A stretch of DNA of 49,423 nucleotides from contig CM119264.1 in NCBI GenBank assembly GCA_051294375.1, positions 29,292,686 through 29,342,108 of the forward strand, written 5' to 3'. This document shows positions 36,770 to 49,423 of this stretch, in pieces; the first letter of the stretch is position 1; each line of letters starts with the position of its first letter. A program made the translations under genes and the position numbers. The notes beneath the pieces were generated by a model that searched no databases, was not told the origin of the DNA, and saw only the letters and a list, made by a program, of their open reading frames with translations. The DNA is from Paraspadella gotoi. Lineage: Eukaryota; Animalia; Chaetognatha.

Positions 36770-37880
36770 ATCCTGACACTGATGGCCCTTCCGTATTAAA
36801 CTCCACTTTCTGCGGGCTCTCGCTTCGGCATTCACATTCTCCTCCTCTCAAACCTGTATCAGTCGCTCTTCCACGTAGAGAGACACTGCCGTAAATTGTT
36901 CTTGGCGCCGCTAAATTGACTGCGAAAGTCTCAAAGCGACGCCTTTTCGTGGTGCCTTTGGCGCTCGGATGCTTACCCTTGGCGCAGGCGTCCGACGCCC
37001 AATGTGCGAATTGCGGCAGTTCCGGGTCAAGACATCGTGGGGTGCGCCGTGTAGTGCGGAGGCGGTCTGCATTTGGTGGAGGTGGGGTGGAGCTGGATTT
37101 GAGTCTGGGGCGCGGTGGCTCGGCGGCGGGTTCGGCACGGGACGGAGAGGGGTCGAGGGATGTGCGATTCGACTGGAGATGGGGAAATGGTTGGTGATTG
37201 ATCGCGGAGGTATTGGGTATATTGAGGTGGATTAATGTGTGTCTTGTTGCGGTCGTCGTCCGCGTCGTAGAGTCTGAACTTTGTCGCAGTAATGAGAGTG
37301 ACAACCTACAGAGTCGGAATTCGCTACCGATGGTGGGCGGTCCAGTTGAAGACGTGAACGCATATTTCGCAGAAATGTCTGTTTTTTTAGAACACGCAAC
37401 TCGGTGAAAGTAGTAGTGAGGGAACTGTAAGACAAAGCTGTGGTAAACATTACTATTAAGTGAGTGAACAGGACATCATCATACAAACTTCATTAATTAT
37501 CTAATATTTTTTACGCAGAAAAAATTGGGAATGAGATATAGCAACATTCTAAATTGGAGAAGCACACTTACTTTCTGGGTAGTGTAAATCGGAACTCATT
37601 CCAAGATTATTTGCATCATACCATTTACGTCTCCCGACTCAGCCTAGTGGTTGACGGACATTTGTTCATCAGGTCAAGCAAACAAACATCAAATTTTTGT
37701 ACATCTAATGGTATGCCAGTGTAGGAGTATGTATACTCCAGCGACTGAGTCTATCCGTTCGACGAACAGAGAAGCAGCGTACGCTCGAGCGGCGAATGAC
37801 ATTATTCGTATACTAGTGATGTTAAAAATAGACACGAATTCAACTGGAGCAATTTTCAATATAGGAAATATATTTCTAGG
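36770..37880 (-). pseudogene. Garbled duplicate of FucTA exons 39410-40118 (probably raw long-read sequence)
   Basis: Colinear with ~39390-40150 (for example ggtccagttgaagacgtga, gagtgaacaggacatcatcatacaaa) but full of small insertions. Confidence 0.7.
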
Positions 37881-38801
37881 TTTTTTTCTATATATTTTTG
37901 CCCCAGATTTGGTAAATTATGGTATCTATAAAAAAGTTAAGTAATAATATTATAACTCTTTTTGAAAATTCCTTCATTAAGTTGTTATGATATTATAGAA
38001 AAAGCGTATATTTTAGGCTGAAATATAAACTTTAATTTCTTTTTAGACATGTCTATTTATATTACACATTTTGAACCCACCATAATGAAAGAATGTTCTT
38101 AAACTCACTTTATACTACTGACTCATTCATTTAATTTCTTGTATCAACTTTTGACGAGGAATTCAAATCTGTATCAAAGATTAAAAAAGCCTATTTGAAT
38201 CTTCAAGTGATATTATAAGTCGATGTATTATATAAATATGCTACTGCAAAATTAACAAAACATAAAATTAATTTTTTTACCCAAATTAATGTTCATGATG
38301 TGCATGTTGTTCATAATGACTTTTAGAATTTTCGTATGTAACTTTCACTCGCTTAATAGACACATTGTGAACTACTAAAGCGAATGTGAGGCTTTTGACG
38401 GCAAAAAATGCTAAAGTCGGGAGACTTTTTATGACTGGAAAATATAATTTTTTGTATTTATGCTTATTATGAAGGAAAGATTTGCACGTTCAAAATGATC
38501 TCTAGAAAGCGTAGTAATCTGCGCGTTTTAATTTAACTAGACCTTCTCCTATACAGAGCTCTTTTCGATCTTTCAAAAAGTTCCTCTTCTCCTCTCATCT
38601 CTTCTCCTCTCTCTGAGTTCACCTCTCTTCTCCTGCTCTCAGACGAAGAGTGCGTTTGCGCTACGTGCCCTCTTCCTCCCTTTCTTCTACTAAGTTTGGG
38701 GCTTTCTCTCTTCTCTCTCTTTGATCGTTCCTCTCTCGTTTCTCGTGCTTTCTGCATCTTCTCTTCTACTCTCTCTCTCTTCCTCTCTACCTCTCTCTTC
38801 T

Positions 38802-38835
<34 letters not shown>

Positions 38836-39061
38836 TCTCTGAGTTTTTGTTGATCAACCTTCGACGTTTTCGCACGAGACTGGTAATCGAACGAGAGGAG
38901 ATGGCAACGCCGAGAAAATGTTGGAATGGCGAATGGCATCGGAGACTCAGTTAGCAAACGGTGGAACCGCCACTTGTATTCCATGGCGGTTGATGCAAAG
39001 CAGAATTACGGGAAAAGCAGAGGAAAAAGAAGAAGGGCGAAACGCCATAATATAACGGATG

Positions 39062-39335
39062 CAAAAACGCCACAGAAATCGGATGGCCAAAACGCCACAG
39101 GAAATCAGATGGCCAAAACGACACAAGAAATTGGATGATCAAAACGCCACAGGGAAATACGGATGGCCAAAACGCCACAAGAATCGGATGGCCAAATCCA
39201 CAGCGAAATCCAGATGGCCAAACCGCCACAGAAAATCCAATGGCAAAAACGCCACAAGAAATTGGAAGGATCAAAACGCCACAGGAAATTGGATGGCCAA
39301 AACGCCACAGGATATCAATGGCAAAACTCCACAGG
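39062..39335 (+). repeat. 26-bp minisatellite (aaaacgccacaggaaatcggatggcc), within a duplicate of 40440-40940
   Basis: Tandem 26-mers; 38838-39335 duplicates 40440-40940. Confidence 0.85.
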
Positions 39336-39409
39336 TTCCTCTTCCTCCCTCTTCCTCTTCCTCCCTCTTCCTATTCCTCTCTCTTCCTCTTCCTTTCTCC
39401 TCCTCAAAC

Positions 39410-39783
39410 CTTAAGCCTCTCCACGTAGAGACTCCTATTGTTCTTGGCGCCGCAATTGCTGACGAACCAAGCGACGCCTTTCGTCTTGGCGCCGGATCTA
39501 CGGCGCCGTCGACGAGGCGTTGCGGAGCCGGGTCGGCGGAGGTGCCGGAGGCGGAGGCGGTGATGGAGGTGGGAGGAGTGGTGGGAGTCGGGGCGGTGGC
39601 GGCGGCGGGGGCGGCGGAGAGGGCGGGAGGCGGACAGAGGATGTGATTGGCGAGTATTGTTATTGTTGTTGTTGTTGTTGTCGTCGTCGTCGTAGAGTCT
39701 GAACTTTCCGTAAGGAGTCACCAAAGTCGAATCCCACCGATAGGTGGCGGTCCAGTTGAAGACGTGACGCATTTCGCGAATGT
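39410..39783 (-). CDS. FucTA: Core alpha-1,3-fucosyltransferase exon
   Basis: FNWTATYRWDSTLVTPYG...KTKGVAWFVSNCGAKNNRSLYVERLK; phase 1 to phase 0. Confidence 0.9.
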
Positions 39784-39982
39784 CTGTTTTTTTAGAAAGA
39801 TGGGGTAAGGAGGGAACGTAAGGACAAAGGTGGAACTTACCTTTAAGGAGTGAACAGGACATCATCATACAAATTCATTAACTTATCTTTTACGCAGAAA
39901 ATTGGAATGAGATTACAACATCTAAATTGTTGAACTTACTTTTGGGTAGTGTAAATCGAACTTTCCAAGATTATTGACTTAC

Positions 39983-40118
39983 CTTTGACGCTGGAAGTGT
40001 GAAAGGGACTTTCCAAAGAGTACAGCACCCAAATTTGTCCATCAAGTCTCGAGGAGAAGTAATGAGGCGGAACGTAAACGTCGCGAAAGAGAACAGCGTC
40101 GGCGCGATGAGTATTCGT
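39983..40118 (-). CDS. FucTA: Core alpha-1,3-fucosyltransferase exon
   Basis: TNTHRADAVLFRD...GQIWVLYSLESPFHT; cacAG acceptor, GTAAGT donor. Confidence 0.9.
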
Positions 40119-40219
40119 CTGTGAATGAGAATCCGGAGCATTTCTAAGAAATGAAGTTGGTACGGTTAATATTAAAAAGTTATCCTTTTATATTCTGTGA
40201 TAAGCTATCCTCCTTCTCT

Positions 40220-40348
<129 letters not shown>

Positions 40349-40374
40349 CTCTCTTCTCTCTTTCTTCTCTCTCT

Positions 40375-40433
<59 letters not shown>

Positions 40434-40659
40434 TCTCTCCTCTGAGTTTTGTTTGATCAACCTTCGACGTTTTTCGCACGAGACTGGTAATCGAACCGAG
40501 AGGAGATGGCAACGCCGAGAAAATGTGTTGAATGGCGAATGCATCGGAGACTCAGTTAGCAACGGTGGAACCGCCACTTGTATTCCATGGCGGTTGATGC
40601 AAAAGCAGAATTACGGGAAAAGCAGAGGAAAAAGAAAGAAGGGCGAAACGCCATATATA

Positions 40660-41032
40660 ACGGATGGCAAAACGCCACAGGAAATCGGATGGCCAAAACG
40701 CCACAGGAAATCAGATGGCCAAAACGACACAAGAAATTGGATGATCAAAACGCCACAGGAAATCGGATGGCCAAAACGCCACAAGAAATCGGATGGCCAA
40801 AACTCCACAGGAAATCAGATGGCCAAAACGCCACAGAAAATCCAATGGCAAAAACGCCACAAGAAATTGGAGGATCAAAACGCCACAGGAAATTGGATGG
40901 CCAAAACGCCACAGGATATCAGATGGCAAAACTCCACAGGAAATCGGATGGCCAAAACGTCACAGGAAATATGATGGAAAAACGCAACAGGAATTCGGAT
41001 GGTCAAAATGCCACAGGAAATCGGATGGCAAA
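40660..41032 (+). repeat. 26-bp minisatellite (aaaacgccacaggaaatcggatggcc)
   Basis: About 14 tandem copies. Confidence 0.92.
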
Positions 41033-42655
41033 AAAAGTTGCGAATCGAAGCAAAATTGATTTCTCTTCCTCCTTTTTCGAAATTGAGTCTCTGACAAATA
41101 TGCGGGATCATGAAACACGAACGACGACGACGACGACGACGATAACGACGACGACGGAGGTTTGGATGACGATGACGACGATGATGACGACGACGATGAT
41201 GACGACGATGATGATGACGACGACGATGATGGCAGAAAATTGTATATTGGGCGATCGAAAAGTGATCAGAAAATTTCACCGAATGTCCTTATAAGGTTAT
41301 ATCTTACAAAATGATTAATCTTTCGCCGACGACGACGACGACGACGACCACGACGACCACGACGACGACGACTGAGACAACGAAGAGCTTAGCGACAACA
41401 ATAACAAAAACAACAACGACAACAACGACAATAACAACGTTGCAGACGAAAACAATGACAACAAAGTCGATGGCGCCGCAAAATGACGCGAAAAAAAAAC
41501 GAGGAAACGAAAAGAGAAAAAAAGTTCGAAGGTCGAAAGTCAAAGAGCAAAGTCCAGCAAAGACGACGACGATGATAATGACGACGATGATGATGACGAC
41601 GACTATGATAAAAGTGACGACGACGATGACAGCAACGAATGCTACGTTAAATATTAGGATGACATTGCAAATCCGCATCAAGACCATGGTCTTTGATGAC
41701 AACGAAGACAACGAGACAAAGGGTCGTCAATAACAATGACGACGTCGCAGAGGAGAACAACGACGACAACGACGACGACGACAACAATAACGACTCCCTC
41801 TACGCCATTTTCCCTGTTTCCTCTTTTTTTTCCTAATTTGCATAAAAAGAATTTTTTTTATGTGAATCGAGAGAAAAAAAGGAAGGAACATTTTTTTGCT
41901 GAGGTGACAAAGAAAAAAAAAGAAATTTAAAAAAAGTAGAAAGTTTATTATTACAAAAAAGATTAGACGTTCAACTGTTTCTTTCTCACTTTCTTCGCCT
42001 CTTTCTTTTCTATTTTTCTTAATCTCTTTCTTTCTGTCTTTCCTTTCTTTCCTTTCTTTCCTTTCTTTCCTTTCTTTCCTTTCTTACTTACTTTTCGCCT
42101 ATCTTTTATGTTTATCTTTCCCTTTGCCTCTTTTTCTCTTTCTTTCTTTTTCTGTTTCTTTCCCACTTTCTTTTTTTTTCCTTAATTACCTTCTTCATTA
42201 CTTTCTTTTCTTTTCCCCATCTTTCGTTCCCCGAATTAGCGCTAATCCACTTATAATCCACTTATAATCTACTTATAATCTCCTCTAAAACGCATTTAAC
42301 TTTTTTCTACGATCTGTTGTTGTCGTTGTTTTCGTTGCCACGGAGACGATAAACTCTTCATCAACTAATTGGCGAACTAATTAGAAAGTACAGGGTGATC
42401 TAAAGTCACTGACGATGAAATATTGTATTTGCTAATAAGCAAACCAATATTTTTATTCAACCATTAATATTTTATTTGACTGAATAATCTTATTTTGTAA
42501 AAATAAATAACTTCTTTTAGAAAAAGAGTGGTACAGATAATAAAGAACACACTTTTTTTTTTAACTTAGTACAAATGAATAAAGTTTAGGCTCAATTTTT
42601 ACGTCGATTTTTTTGTCCAGTTGATTTGAATCACCGTTTAGTCAAGATTTTCTTT

Positions 42656-42696
<41 letters not shown>

Positions 42697-42756
42697 CTCC
42701 TATCGAAAATGGCGCGTTCCCCAATCTCCGTTTTTCCTCCTCAAACGTAAACAAAC

Positions 42757-42920
42757 CTCGTCGTTGATGAGAATACAGTCTCTGACGTTGCACCTTTCCT
42801 CCTCGAATATCTTTGTGCCGAGAGCGACGTGGGGCCAATCGGAGAAGGAGTGGAGGTGAATGACTTGAAGTCCTTCGTAGGGGCGTTTGAATTTCACGGG
42901 TCGAAACGACACGCTGTTGT
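42757..42920 (-). CDS. FucTA: Core alpha-1,3-fucosyltransferase exon
   Basis: VIHLHSFSDWPHVALGTKIFEEERCNVRDCILINDE (GT10 C-x-V-x-x-C motif); phase-0 donor; acceptor at 42920 or 42913. Confidence 0.8.
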
Positions 42921-43649
42921 CTGTGATTGGGCGGAGGGGGGGCAGTGGAAGGGGTGAGAATTGGGGTCGGGAAGAAGATTTTTGATTCGTGGTGACTTTT
43001 TTGAAGGTGAATTTGGCAACAATTGTTTACGTTTTAAGTTTGTGATGTTTAGTTTAATTTAGAAAATGCGTTAGAATAAGTCAGAATAAGTCAGAATAAA
43101 AATTAATGGGGCAAAAGTTGCTTTGAAATTTATTACAAGAACTGAAGCGTGAAAAACGCTCTTAAATATGACAAAAAAATATATTGGTTATCGAAATTTT
43201 TTTTATGACAACAAAAAAAAGAAAAGAAAAAAAAGAAAAATCACGTTTTTTCCAAGCGTGAACCATGTAACGAAAACGATTTAAAATAATATTATTTTTA
43301 AAAATTAAATTATCAAAAAGAAAATTACATCGACATCTGCGAATTTTCCTCGAAAAAAAAAATTGGAGCGAAATCGAATATCGAATTTAATTTCGTTTTT
43401 TTATTAAATTTTCCTCGACGCTCGCGTGCGTCACAGTGAATTTCGTGATTGCGAGCGCCACAGTGAATTAGAAAGTGGAGAAAACTAAATAAGAATAATG
43501 AGATTACCTTAGCGATGAATTTAATATTCTTGCATGGAATTAAAACGAGGTTCAGGGAAATCACCGACTTTTATTATGATCAACTTTATCAATATTTTTG
43601 CTTCACAGGTTCCATAGTTAATTAACATGTTGCATTCAAACGTGTTTAT

Positions 43650-44197
43650 TAAAGCGTAGCAAAAATATTAAAATCAAATTGAATCAAAATTTGAATAGTA
43701 GATCATGAACAAGCTTTGTACCTGTGAACATTTTTAAATAAAAAAAAATTTGTTTTATTTTTTCCCATATTTATACTTAGTACTCACCATAGAAAATTCT
43801 AAAATTTTAAAATGTTTTTTTTCTTATTTGATAAAGTTGATAAAGGAAATATAACTCTTTTTAGAAATTATTTCATTAAGTGGGTCAAAATCTTAAAAAA
43901 ACAGTTAAAGTTAACCTATAATTTAATTTCAGTTTTTTTAATTTTTAGTTAACTTATTGAAGGAAGTTTTGATTAAGACTTATATTTTCTTTTATCAACT
44001 TTTTATGAGAAATTTGAATCTGCTTTCAAAACTGGAAAAAAAACTATTTTAAAATTTTGACATGTACTAAGTGTAAATATTGGCGTATGCGAAAATTTAG
44101 AAATTCAAAAAAAAAAACTTATGTATCAATGTTTTTTAGTATAAGACTGTTCATGAAAAATATTCGAATTTTGATCTGCAACTTTCACTACGCCTTA
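43650..44197. mobile_element. hAT-family MITE, older diverged copy
   Basis: taaagcgtagc ... actacgcctta; TSD gtgtttat / gtgtttaa (7 of 8 match). Confidence 0.75.
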
Positions 44198-44284
44198 GTG
44201 TTTAATTATCAATCACGTTTTATTCAATTCCTTTATATTAGTTAATATACTTCTTCCGTTAAGGTTTTATGCTTTAAAAGAGTG

Positions 44285-44315
<31 letters not shown>

Positions 44316-46137
44316 ATCTCCTCTCTCTCTCTCTCTCTCTTCTCTCTTCTCTCTCTCTCTCTCTCTCTTTCTCGTCGTTGGGAAAAAACAATCAAGAAAT
44401 TTTATTGTTTATCAGATTCTATTTTCCGGCATCCTGCTGTTATAGTTTTGATCCTCCTCTGCAGTGATACCGTTCATACCAGTCACACCATTCATACTGT
44501 ACGTTCTAGTGTGTTACTTTCTACTATGATATTTTCATCTCTTTTCATAACAGATGTTAACTGCTCTTTTTACTCCTCCTCCTCCTCCTTCTTCAAATTT
44601 ATATTTACTCAGTCGATCTGGCTATGAAATTGGTACAACCAATATAACAATTATCCATTCATTTAATAAATAAGCTATCTTGCCCCTAAATTTGGACAGA
44701 CTTTGGTAGTTTGGTGCCTCAATCACTCTCAGACATAGCGGGTCTATGAAAGCTTTCAATCAAGACTCTTTCAGTCTCGTTTATTCACTCACTAATAAAA
44801 ATAAAAATTGGTGACAAAATTTCTCTGTTAACATGTGGTTCTTATTTTTAGTGTTGTTGTTGTTGTTGTTGAGAGAAGATTTTAAAACTTGTGAGAGAAA
44901 AGTTTAATTAAGACGAAAGAAGCTCAGGTGGAATGTAGAGAATCTCACTCATAAAAAAGATTCACAGACTCATAATCGTCGTCGCTATTATCGTCGTCGT
45001 AGGTGTTGTCGTTTTCATCCTTGACACTTTCATTGTCTCTCCGGCCTTATTTTCCCAGAACGCTCCATTTCATCGTCAATTCGGAATTAAATTTGTTTTT
45101 ATGTTTAAAGATTTGGTTAAAGGTTTGGGTTAGGGATTAGAAGTAGAAAGAAAGAAACTTTAATTGTTCAAAACAATCCTGTAAAACTAATATTCGGGAC
45201 AGAGCAAAACGTTAAAAGGTAAGTTTAAAATAGAACTATTAAGAGCTTTTCTCTCGCTCCAAAATTTGATAACGGCAATGCAAAAGACCGATAAAATCCT
45301 TGAGCAAAATATCTCAGATATTATAAGGTCTTGAGAATAAGATAAACCGAAAATCGTGAGAAGGAAAGAAAAATAATAGGGATTGGGTTATGGGTTTTTT
45401 AACCAAATAGGGTTAAATATTAAGGTTAAATTTAACTTCTGGAACAGAAACAGGAACAGAAATGCGACGCTTTTGGAAAAGAGAGCCTGGAATTACTTTT
45501 ATCTTCGCGAGCAAGCTTGTCAAGTGAATTTAGTGTGGAGCAAGATTATTTAAAAAAAAAAGATATAATATTAATATAAGATATAATAATGATTTAGGGA
45601 TTAGTAAAAGTTCCAATTTTTGAAAATGGGTATTTCAGGAATATTCAAAATGCACACATGATGTTTCTCACTGTGTTGAAAGTTTGAAACGATCTGTTCA
45701 CGGTTCATTTGATATATGAATAAAATCCTTAGATCAGGTACTACGAGCCCATGACACCCATGAGGAAAAGTCAATGAAGCTCAGTATCCGTTCATAGCTA
45801 AAGTCGCGCAAAATATATTTTTTTTTAAAAATAGACAAGATTATATAGTTAAATATAAGAGGAAATGTTATCCGATGTCTTTAAATTACAAATTTGGATA
45901 TTTGAAATCTTACTAATCCTTTTAACCCGTCTCCTCTGCGTTAACTCACCTGTCCTTACTCTCCTCTTCACCATCCGCTGCCGTCACGTGACCCGACCCA
46001 ACTTTCATTTCCGGTCGGGCGCCGCCCACTCCTGACCTTTTGACCTTTTGACCTTTTGACCTCTGGTTCGATCCAGACGCCGCTCTTCCTTTTTTCTTAT
46101 CGATTTCTTCGTTTGAATATAAGTAGTTCATCCATCA

Positions 46138-46301
<164 letters not shown>

Positions 46302-46563
46302 AAAATCGCGAGAGTGACTCAATCAAGTGATTTCGTTAACGTGATAAATTTTGTCGCGCGTTGATAAAAACCAAAATTGCCTTCACTTTTATTTTCGCTG
46401 ATATTTTATAGTTGTTTAGTATTTATAGTTTAGTCATACGAAAGCATGCAATTCTTCGATTTCTATCTTTTAAAGCAACGTAACATCTAGTAGTAGTAGT
46501 CTTGTTACGATTCTCTCCCCACCAACCTTCCACCCTCTTCCCACCACTCCCTCTCCATCTCAC

Positions 46564-46744
46564 TTTTTTTCGGCCTTTTCTTAGAAATGAGATTCGTCGG
46601 GATGTAGTCGATTTGCTCCGCGATTCTGTCGCTGAAGTTCGAAGGATTCCAGACGAGATTAAACAGTTTTTCGTCGTCGTCGTCGTCGTCGTCGTCTTCT
46701 TCCCCATTGTCGTTGTTGTTCTCGTCGTCATGGCGACCGGCGAT
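46564..46744 (-). CDS. FucTA: Core alpha-1,3-fucosyltransferase stem-region exon
   Basis: tttttcAG acceptor; acidic run, then NFSDRIAEQIDYIP, resembling the DRI..QL.Y.P motif of FucTA; GTGAGA donor, phase 1, compatible with the 42920 acceptor. Confidence 0.7.
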
Positions 46745-47247
46745 CTGAAAAATAAAAGAGCAACGAACGGACGTGAGCGAATTTTCTGATGTTCAAAACG
46801 ACGACGACGACGACGATGACAAAAAAATTGCAACGTCATTTCTTGTTCAAAGTTATTTTATCAATTCAAAAATGACGACTTCAATACGACAATAACAAAA
46901 AAGGGGGCGCCACTCTAACTATGGTCGGGTAGGTCTGACTCGAACTGTCGGTAAGTAAAAGGTGCAGAAAAAGAAGGGAATATATACTGGTAAGCGTCTA
47001 AATCGGTGAGAGAAAAAAGCCAAAATATAACTGAACGGGAGATATCTAGTGAGAGGGAAAGAGAGAAAAGCCTCAACCCTGTAATCGACCCTGGATCTCC
47101 GGGAGGAGGGGGAGGAGAAATGATGAGGAAGTGGTGCCTGCTGGCGAAGGACGGACTATCGTCTCTTTCCGACATTAAACAACAACAACAGAAAACACAA
47201 ACACGATTTCAACTACAACAACAACAACAACCATAAAACGATAACCA

Positions 47248-47285
<38 letters not shown>

Positions 47286-48289
47286 CATCTCTCCGTCCCC
47301 TTAAAGCCTCTTTGATCTTTTCGGCCGAGAAAGAAAAAATAAATCTGGCGGAATTTCGTGGCTGCGGAATTAAAGTGTCGCTAGAAACGAGGGTCGAGCC
47401 GTCGGTGGAGATTTATCAGGCGACGCCTGCCGTCCGCCTTCCGTCCGCCTGCCGTCCGCTTGCCGTCCGCCTGACATACGCCTGCTCAATGTCTCGACGC
47501 AAACAACATTGACGCGACCACTGGCAAAAACGCAAAGTTGCGGAGCTGTTGGTCGAGCTTTCTGGCAGTTAGTCGGTGGTTCTGTGGTCCTTGATATTTT
47601 GGTCGTTCGTTCTTTCGTTCGTATTTTACGGTCATTTATTCGTTCGTTCATTCTTCATTCTTTCATCTTATTTTTTAATTAATTAATTAATTAATTGATT
47701 CATTTATTCATTAATTCATTTATTAATTCATTCATTCATTCATTCATTTAATTATTCATTCATTCATCCTTACAAATTCGTCGCTTACAAATTATAAAAT
47801 CTTTTTCTTTAATTTTTACAAATATTTTTTTCATTTCGATTCGTTAATATTAAAATAAGACGACAAAAGTCGAGTCTAAAAACAAAGGATGAGAAAATGA
47901 AAGCAAATGTCAAACATAAATTAATGTTCACTCACGGGAATAATTAAAAGAGCTGCCTTGGTTTCATATCTCGTCGTCATTGCGTCCGTAGTCGTCGTCG
48001 TCGTCGTCGTTGTCAACGCCGCCGCCGCCGCCGCAACGGTCGAGGTTTTATTGGCTAATTCATGTTTATTGATAATATTTATTGATGATATTAATCAATA
48101 TTTATATTTATCTAGTTAGTTATTAGATATGTTTATTTGTCAGTTTTCCAAATTTTTGAATTTGGTTTATATCATGATATTGTTTTTTATTTACAAAAAC
48201 TGTCATGAAATGTATAAAATTGGTACAAGCATCATAAATAAGTGATATAAAATGTTATTAAATTGATAAAAACTATATAAAGAATATTC

Positions 48290-48435
48290 CTTCATTTAAT
48301 AAATAAGCCATCTTGCCCCTTACATTGGACAGGCTTTGGTGGTTTAAGGCCTCCATCACTCTTACAAGATAATGACATAGCAGGTCCCTGCAAGCTTTCA
48401 ATCAAGACTCTCTCACAGTCTCGTTTATTCACTCC
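48290..48435. repeat. Unclassified dispersed repeat
   Basis: Similar to ~44658-44792; the aagctttcaatcaagactct core also occurs at ~29170-29200 and ~33650-33685. Confidence 0.65.
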
Positions 48436-49423
48436 CACAGTACCTGGCTTCCCTATCAATGAAGTGGTATTATGTTCCAAAGAATGTTTCAAAAGACCAC
48501 TACCTTAAGTATTAGATCGGGGAATACGATAATGTACTACGCCCNNNNNNNNNNNNNNNNNNNNNNNNNNNNNNNNNNNNNNNNNNNNNNNNNNNNNNNN
48601 NNNNNNNNNNNNNNNNNNNNNNNNNNNNNNNNNNNNNNNNNNNNNNNNNNNNNNNNNNNNNNNNNNNNNNNNNNNNNNNNNNNNNNNNNNNNNNNNNNNN
48701 NNNNNNNNNNNNNNNNNNNNNNNNNNNNNNNNNNNNNNNNNNNNNNNNNNNNNNNNNNNNNNNNNNNNNNNNNNNNNNGCGCCTGAAGTCAACATTTATT
48801 TTATGGTTAAACATTGAACAATTTTTAGAAACTAACAACTTTTCCTGCGGCAAAGGTTAACATTGGGTGAACATTAAAAAACTTAAAAAAAAAACATTCT
48901 TTTGTTTCAGAGAAGTTAATGATACCATTAAAGACATCACAAGAACAGTTAAAATAAAAAAAATATAAGTTTATTAACTTCATAATAAAACTGTACTCCA
49001 TTATAAAGTTAATAAACTTATATTAGTTAGAATATAACTACCAAACTACCGTATTTTTTTATAAAGTCAAGTTTATCATTACATATTTACAATTAACCGC
49101 TCCATGGCATTTTTAAATTCCATAAAACTATTTAAAACTAGTATCATGATTCATGGTCCTTTCAATTTAAAGATTTTTTCCTACAAAAAGAATAAATAAA
49201 ATAAAACAGTAGCCATTATTTAAAGTAAATACGTTGCATATAAATTAATCCATATTAACTTCCGATAATCTCAAAGGAAGAAAACTAGTAGAAACCAAAG
49301 TCCGGATTCTCCCGCGGTCAAATTGATCGATGGCGATCGATTGCCGCGTTTCCATGACGACGAGTGGCGTCATTCGTTGTCGCCCACGCGAATTGGATGG
49401 ACGCGACGCTGCTTAGTCACGTG

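Noticed and set aside
40119-40143. Upstream acceptor (ttcttAG) for the ADAVLF exon
   Set aside because: It is phase 2, incompatible with the phase-0 donor at 42757; the 40118 acceptor gives the expected spacing.
44740-44790. Hammerhead-like ctgaaaga...gaaagc on the minus strand of the dispersed repeat
   Set aside because: The core spacing is wrong and is not conserved in the other copies (ctgtgaga, ctaacaga).
44851-44880. Resemblance to the PacBio adapter end (gttgttgttgagagaagat); also ~23858-23878
   Set aside because: Only partial, with no inversion or gap at these sites; simple repeats like these are abundant in the window.
49295-49423. Promoter (X-box-like gtttccatgacgac and E-box cacgtg in a GC-rich patch)
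   Set aside because: Short degenerate motifs at the window edge with no mapped transcript start.

Overview
AT-rich, repeat-dense eukaryotic DNA, most likely from an invertebrate animal, in a draft assembly patched with noisy long reads. It is not prokaryotic, and most ORF-track entries are translations of satellites and microsatellites. Genes: (1) a minus-strand multi-exon core alpha-1,3-fucosyltransferase (GT10, FucTA-like) whose 8 phase-consistent exons I traced from 46744 to the stop at 24398, with the 5' TM exon unresolved; (2) a two-exon, divergent 7-TM receptor-like gene at 10301-12463 (+). Mobile DNA: an internally deleted Ty3/Gypsy element present twice (probably a false duplication), an hAT MITE family with 8-bp TSDs, a TA-flanked palindromic MITE, two tRNA-derived SINE-like families and several satellites. 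The most interesting signal is catalytic RNA. Three copies of a ~235-bp tRNA-headed repeat each carry what looks like a circularly permuted (P5-type) twister ribozyme, and two of them are in a retrozyme-like tandem arrangement. Two Penelope-like palindromic insertions each carry a minimal hammerhead ribozyme. All calls were made by eye; no searches or folding programs were run.
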